NCBI GenBank assembly: GCA_964527765.1
Contig: CAZGQR010000002.1
Span: forward strand, 135,701-199,700
Source: an uncultured Planctomycetia bacterium
GTDB lineage: Bacteria; Omnitrophota; Gorgyraeia; Tantalellales; Tantalellaceae
Length of the DNA: 64,000 nt
Reading direction: 5' to 3'
Numbering within the stretch: the first letter of the stretch is position 1; each line of letters begins with the position of its first letter. The notes under the pieces were generated by a model. The model saw only the letters and a program-made list of their open reading frames with translations, was not told the origin of the DNA and did not search any database. Shown here one piece after another: positions 59,227 through 64,000 of the stretch. Both the position numbers and the translations under genes were made by a program.

Positions 59227-60093
59227 ATGAATAAGCAAAGTTGCTTTGGGGGCTTGGACAGGGTATTCACGGAATGGGACAGGTCGGAGATAGCGATCCT
59301 CCCAGTCCCTTATGACAAGACAAGCACATGGATCAAGGGGGCCGACAAGGGCCCCCTTGCTATTATAGAGGCCTCCTCCGCCGTCGAGCTTTACGACATC
59401 GAGACGGACCTTGAGGTCTATAAGCGGGGCATACATACCTGCGGTCCGCTCGCGACAAGCTCTCCTCCGGAGGAGATGGTCCGCGAGGCCGAAGGAAAGG
59501 TCCTTGAGCTCCTGGAAGCGGGCAAGTTCGTCGTGACGCTCGGCGGGGAGCACTCGGTCAGTATCGGTCCCGTGAAAGCGCACAGCGCCAGATTCAAGGA
59601 CTTCTCCGTCCTCCAGCTTGACGCGCACCTGGACATGAGGGACGAATACGAGGGCAGCCGCTGCAACCACGCGTGCGTCGCATCCCGCGTGAGGGAAATA
59701 TGCCCGGTCGTCCAGGTGGGCATAAGGAGCATGTCCGTGGAAGAAAAGAGCGGCCTGGATGCCGAGAACGTGTTCTTTGCCAGGGATATCATCGGGGAAG
59801 GCGCCTGGATAAGCAGGGTGGTGGAACGGCTTTCACGGAACGTGTATGTCACCATAGACCTTGATGTCTTTGACCCGTCCATAATGCCGTCCACGGGGAC
59901 TCCGGAGCCGGGCGGGCTCACATGGTACCCGGTCATCGATCTTTTGAAAGCCGTGACCGAAAAAAGGAACGTAGCGGGTTTTGACGTCGTGGAACTCTGC
60001 CCGGTCGAAACCGACAGGTCACCGGACTTCATGGCGGCAAAACTGGTTTACAAGTTCTTAAGCTACATATACAAGGGCAGGCCTGTATCGTAA
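59227..60093 (+). CDS. speB: Agmatinase
   Basis: PVPYD.T, LGGEHS, LDAHLD, NHAC, VGIRS, TIDLDVFDP...TGTPEPGG and DVVE. Confidence 0.9.
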   Translation: MNKQSCFGGLDRVFTEWDRSEIAILPVPYDKTSTWIKGADKGPLAIIEASSAVELYDIETDLEVYKRGIHTCGPLATSSPPEEMVREAEGKVLELLEAGKFVVTLGGEHSVSIGPVKAHSARFKDFSVLQLDAHLDMRDEYEGSRCNHACVASRVREICPVVQVGIRSMSVEEKSGLDAENVFFARDIIGEGAWISRVVERLSRNVYVTIDLDVFDPSIMPSTGTPEPGGLTWYPVIDLLKAVTEKRNVAGFDVVELCPVETDRSPDFMAAKLVYKFLSYIYKGRPVS

Positions 60094-60109
60094 AGAGGGA
60101 AGTGGAAAT

Positions 60110-61126
60110 ATGAAGAAAAAAGACATTCTTAAAGATCCCGTGAAGCACGTCGATATAAAAAGCTTTGACGCGACGGATATCGTGGAATCCATGAAGGAGA
60201 TGTCGTTCACCGCCCGCGATCTGGGCCGCGCGTCGGAGATATTCGACATGATGCTTCGCGACAAGGGCTGCACGATATTTCTGGCGCTCGCCGGCAGCAC
60301 CAGCGCCGGGGGATGCATGCAAGTTTACACCGATATGGTCAAGAGCAACATGGTCGATGCCGTGATCGCCACGGGCGCCAGCATCGTGGACATGGATTTC
60401 TTCGAGGCGCTGGGGTTCAGGCATTACAAGGGGACACAGAACATTGACGACAATAAACTGAGGCGCCTTTATATCGACAGGATATACGACACCTTCATCG
60501 ACGAGGAAGATCTCCAGAAGTGCGACGCGACCGTCGCGAAGATAGCCGATTCCCTCGAAAAGCGCCCGTATTCGTCCCGCGAATTCATACGGGAAATGGG
60601 CAAATACCTCACCAAAAAAGCGAAAAAGAAGGATTCCCTGATCCAGGCCTCTTACGAAAAGGGCGTCCCGATATTCTGCCCGGCATTCTCGGACTCCAGC
60701 GCGGGGTTCGGGCTTGTCCTCCATCAGTGGAAGAACAAAAAAGATCATCTCTCCATAGATTCGGTGAAGGATTTTCTGGAACTTACAAAAATAAAGATAG
60801 CGTCCAAGAGCTCAGGGCTTCTTATTATCGGCGGCGGGGTGCCGAAGAATTTCGTCCAGGATACCGTGATCTGTGCCGAGATCCTGGGGGAGAAGGTGGA
60901 CATGCACAAGTACGCCGTGCAGATCACCGTGGCGGATGCCCGCGACGGCGCCTGTTCGGGTTCCACGCTGCAGGAGGCGTCCTCGTGGGGCAAGGTCGAT
61001 ACGGCCTACGAGCAGATGGTCTACGCCGAAGCCACGTCCGTCCTGCCTCTTCTGGCCAGCTACGCCTACCATAAAGGAAGCTGGAAAAAACGCAAGAAGC
61101 GGAACTGGGCGAAACTGTTCGACTGA
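60110..61126 (+). CDS. Deoxyhypusine synthase-like protein (possible homospermidine synthase)
   Basis: IDRIYD, PAFSDSS, GGGVPKNF and YAVQIT...DGACSG...EASSWGK with the active-site Lys retained. Confidence 0.9.
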   Translation: MKKKDILKDPVKHVDIKSFDATDIVESMKEMSFTARDLGRASEIFDMMLRDKGCTIFLALAGSTSAGGCMQVYTDMVKSNMVDAVIATGASIVDMDFFEALGFRHYKGTQNIDDNKLRRLYIDRIYDTFIDEEDLQKCDATVAKIADSLEKRPYSSREFIREMGKYLTKKAKKKDSLIQASYEKGVPIFCPAFSDSSAGFGLVLHQWKNKKDHLSIDSVKDFLELTKIKIASKSSGLLIIGGGVPKNFVQDTVICAEILGEKVDMHKYAVQITVADARDGACSGSTLQEASSWGKVDTAYEQMVYAEATSVLPLLASYAYHKGSWKKRKKRNWAKLFD

Positions 61127-61163
61127 CCGGACGCCCGCGCCGCGCTTTTTCACGAAGATCGAT

Positions 61164-63626
61164 ATGGCAAACTACGATTTCAATAAGATCGAGAAAAAAT
61201 GGCAGAAGCGCTGGAAAAAGGAAAAGCTCTTTGAGGCCGATATAAAAGATCCTTCCGACAAGTATTACTGCCTCATGATGTTCCCTTACCCCTCGGCGGC
61301 GCTTCACGTGGGGCACGGCCGCAACTATATCATAGGGGACGTCGTGGCCAGGTACAACATGATGAGAGGGCTGAATGTCCTGACGCCAATGGGGTGGGAC
61401 GCGTTCGGCCTTCCGGCGGAGAACGCCGCCATAAAGGACGGCCTTCACCCGAAGGAATCCACCATGGCCAATATCGCCAGGATGAAACGCCAGATGGATT
61501 CCTGGGGCGTCGAGTATGACTGGAGCCGCGAGGTCACATCATGCCGGCCGGATTACTATAAATGGACGCAGTGGATATTCCTTAAGCTCTTCGAGAAGGG
61601 CCTGGCCTACCGGAAGAAGGCGTTCGTCAACTGGTGCCCTTCCTGCAATACGGTGCTCGCCAACGAACAGGTCATCGACGGGGCCTGCGAGAGGTGCGAC
61701 AGCCAGGTGGAACAGAAGGAGCTGGAGCAGTGGTTTTTCCGGATCACCGATTACGCGCAGAAACTCCTGGATGACCTTGACAAGCTGGACGAATGGCCGG
61801 AGAAGGTAAGGATAATGCAGCGCAACTGGATCGGCCGTTCCGAGGGGGTGAATATAGATTTTCCGATAGCGGGTTCCGACAGGAAGCTCACCTGTTTCAC
61901 CACGCGCGTGGACACCATCTACGGCTGCACCTACATGGTCCTTTCCGCCGAACACCCGATGATAGAGGAGCTCATAGCGGGCAGCCCGGAGAAGGACAAG
62001 ATCAGGAAGTTCGTCCGCGAGGTCCGTAATGAATCGAAGATAAAACGGGTCCAGGCGGGGGAAGAAAAAAAGGGCATATTCACCGGAAAGCACGTGATAA
62101 ACCGGATAAACGGCAGGGAGATCCCGCTGTGGGTAGCCGATTACGTACTTATGGAATACGGCACCGGCGCCGTCATGGCGGTCCCGGCGCATGACCAGAG
62201 GGATTTTGAGTTCGCCAAGAAATACGGCCTCCCCATAGAGGTGGTCATCGATGACCCTTCGGGCCATCTGGAAGCGGATAAAATGACCGCCGCTTATGAG
62301 GATGAAGGCGTCCTTATCAATTCGGCGCAGTTCGACGGCAAGAACAATATAGACGCCATGGACGCCATAGCCGATCACATGGAAAAGGAGAAGATCGGCT
62401 GCAGGGCGGTCCATTACCGCCTGCGCGACTGGCTCATCTCGCGGCAGAGGTACTGGGGAGCCCCCATCCCGGTCGTTTACTGCGACAAGTGCGGCACGGT
62501 CCCCGTCCCCGAGGATGAGCTTCCCGTTCTGCTTCCGGAAGGCATCGAGTTCCGCCCGACGGGGGAGTCGCCCCTGAAAGACGCGCCTGACTTCGTGAGC
62601 GCGAAATGCCCCTCATGCGGCGGCGCGGCGCGGCGCGAGATCGATACCATGGACACCTTTGTCGATTCCAGCTGGTACTACCTGAGATACATATCCCCCA
62701 AAGAGGATAAAAAACCCTTTGACACGAAGGATGTGAACAACTGGCTGCCCGTGGACCAGTATATAGGAGGCGTGGAGCACGCCATACTGCATCTTTTGTA
62801 TTCCCGTTTCATAACCAAGTTCCTCTGCGACACGGGCCGGGTGGGGTTTGACGAGCCGTTCAAGCGGCTTTTCACGCAGGGGATGATCATAAGGAACGGC
62901 GCCAAGATGTCCAAATCCAAGGGCAACGTCGTCAGCCCGGACGAACTGATAAAGAAGTACGGCGCCGATACCGTCCGCCTGTACACGCTGTTCATCGGCC
63001 CTCCCGAGAAAGACGCCGAGTGGTCGGACAGGGGGGTCGAAGGGGCTTACCGGTTCCTGAAAAGGGCGTGGAACCTTCTTGAGATCCTGGAGGGCGCGCC
63101 CGAGTCGGGCGGCGATAAAGAAGCCCAGGAAGAACTTCTGCGCAAGATGCACCAGACCATAAAGAAGGTCACCGAGGACATAGACGAAGAGTTCCATTTC
63201 AATACGGCCATAAGCGCGGTCATGGAACTGGTCAACCGGATATACGCGGGGCTGAGCGAGAAGGGCGGGAACTGTTACGCGAAGAAATGCATCGAGGAGG
63301 TCATTAGGAATATGATCCTGCTCCTGGCGCCCTTCGTGCCGCATATAGCCGAGGAGATGAACGAGAAGATGGGAGCCCAAAAAAGCGCTTTCAAGTGCGG
63401 CTGGCCCGCCTTCCGTAAAGATATGCTTCAGGCGGATACGGTCGTCGTTCCCGTGCAGATCAACGGTAAACTGCGGGCCACCATCGAGCTTGCGCGCGGC
63501 CTGGAAGAGAGCAGGGTAAAAGAGATCGTTCTCGGCGACAAGAAGGTCAAGGAATGGCTCGCCGGCAAGAACGTGCGCAAGTGGATAATACTGCCGGACA
63601 AACTGGTGAATATAGTCGCCCAGTGA
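61164..63626 (+). CDS. leuS: Leucine--tRNA ligase
   Basis: MFPYPS..LHVGH, GWDAFGLPAENAA, DWLISRQRYWG, GGVEHAILHL and KMSKS. Start at MANYDF. Confidence 0.97.
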   Translation: MANYDFNKIEKKWQKRWKKEKLFEADIKDPSDKYYCLMMFPYPSAALHVGHGRNYIIGDVVARYNMMRGLNVLTPMGWDAFGLPAENAAIKDGLHPKESTMANIARMKRQMDSWGVEYDWSREVTSCRPDYYKWTQWIFLKLFEKGLAYRKKAFVNWCPSCNTVLANEQVIDGACERCDSQVEQKELEQWFFRITDYAQKLLDDLDKLDEWPEKVRIMQRNWIGRSEGVNIDFPIAGSDRKLTCFTTRVDTIYGCTYMVLSAEHPMIEELIAGSPEKDKIRKFVREVRNESKIKRVQAGEEKKGIFTGKHVINRINGREIPLWVADYVLMEYGTGAVMAVPAHDQRDFEFAKKYGLPIEVVIDDPSGHLEADKMTAAYEDEGVLINSAQFDGKNNIDAMDAIADHMEKEKIGCRAVHYRLRDWLISRQRYWGAPIPVVYCDKCGTVPVPEDELPVLLPEGIEFRPTGESPLKDAPDFVSAKCPSCGGAARREIDTMDTFVDSSWYYLRYISPKEDKKPFDTKDVNNWLPVDQYIGGVEHAILHLLYSRFITKFLCDTGRVGFDEPFKRLFTQGMIIRNGAKMSKSKGNVVSPDELIKKYGADTVRLYTLFIGPPEKDAEWSDRGVEGAYRFLKRAWNLLEILEGAPESGGDKEAQEELLRKMHQTIKKVTEDIDEEFHFNTAISAVMELVNRIYAGLSEKGGNCYAKKCIEEVIRNMILLLAPFVPHIAEEMNEKMGAQKSAFKCGWPAFRKDMLQADTVVVPVQINGKLRATIELARGLEESRVKEIVLGDKKVKEWLAGKNVRKWIILPDKLVNIVAQ

Positions 63627-63648
63627 ATTCCGGCGGGGACCTGAAAAT

Positions 63649-64000
63649 ATGAAAAGGCTGTTTACGATAATAGCGCTGCTCTTCCTTACGCTGTCATCCG
63701 GCCCCGCCTTTCCGGAAACCCCCGCTTTGGAACGAACCGAAGATTACGCGCCGAACATGCCCGTCCGCGTGATCAGGAAGATCTCCCTCCCGGACGGTTA
63801 TCACGAGGGCCTTTTCTTTGACGTGGATTACATATGGGTGAGTAACGGGAAGGGCCAGAAGACCTGGATCATCGAGATAGACAGCGGAACAGTGGTGTCA
63901 AAGATAGAACCGGTCGGCAGTTTTACCGAGGGCATAGCGCCGGCCGGCGACGGCACTTACTGGGTGACGGACTGGGAAGACAAAAGACTGTACCGCGTGA
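63649..64000 (+). CDS. Secreted beta-propeller-like protein (glutaminyl cyclase-like), 3'-truncated
   Basis: Manual translation MKRLFTIIALLFLTLSSGPAFP...PDGYHEGLFFD...WVSNG...FTEGIA...WVTDWEDKRLYRV, open to the window end. Confidence 0.6.
   Translation, partial: MKRLFTIIALLFLTLSSGPAFPETPALERTEDYAPNMPVRVIRKISLPDGYHEGLFFDVDYIWVSNGKGQKTWIIEIDSGTVVSKIEPVGSFTEGIAPAGDGTYWVTDWEDKRLYRV

Noticed and set aside
60873-61163. N-terminal extension of LeuS
   Set aside because: It overlaps the DHS-like gene in another frame; LeuS homology starts at 61164.

Overview
Bacterial chromosomal window with two parts. Taxonomy is probably Candidatus Omnitrophota/PVC-like, inferred only from the giant multidomain genes and diderm gene content. 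(1) Positions 1-19960 hold two tandem modular genes. The first is the 3' part of a giant ORF (over 5,185 aa, frame open at the window's left edge). It carries a UPF1-like SF1 helicase, two GNAT domains, a Ser/Thr kinase, HEAT arrays and 126-aa repeats, several of them separated by hydrophobic spacers. The second is a 1,450-aa protein with a signal peptide, a HEAT array and an enolase domain, each module preceded by the same 140-bp linker. Both proteins end in the same ~205-aa C-terminal domain, which suggests a modular exported 'cargo + common C-terminal domain' system; this is the best candidate for an undescribed system. (2) Positions 20005-64000 are mostly housekeeping: pabB, pabA, ispH, prenyl synthase, a sugar/glycogen cluster, a UvrD-family helicase, era, mgtE, purH, folC, mnmE, folE, accA, gpmI, a sat-cysC fusion, tRNA-Leu, tRNA-Ala and leuS. 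This part also contains a partner-switch/MlaEFD/FecR/beta-barrel/CHASE2-PP2C envelope-signalling cluster, a speD-like/speB/DHS-like polyamine operon and a nested palindromic REP/MITE-like element. All calls come from reading motifs by eye; no database searches were run.
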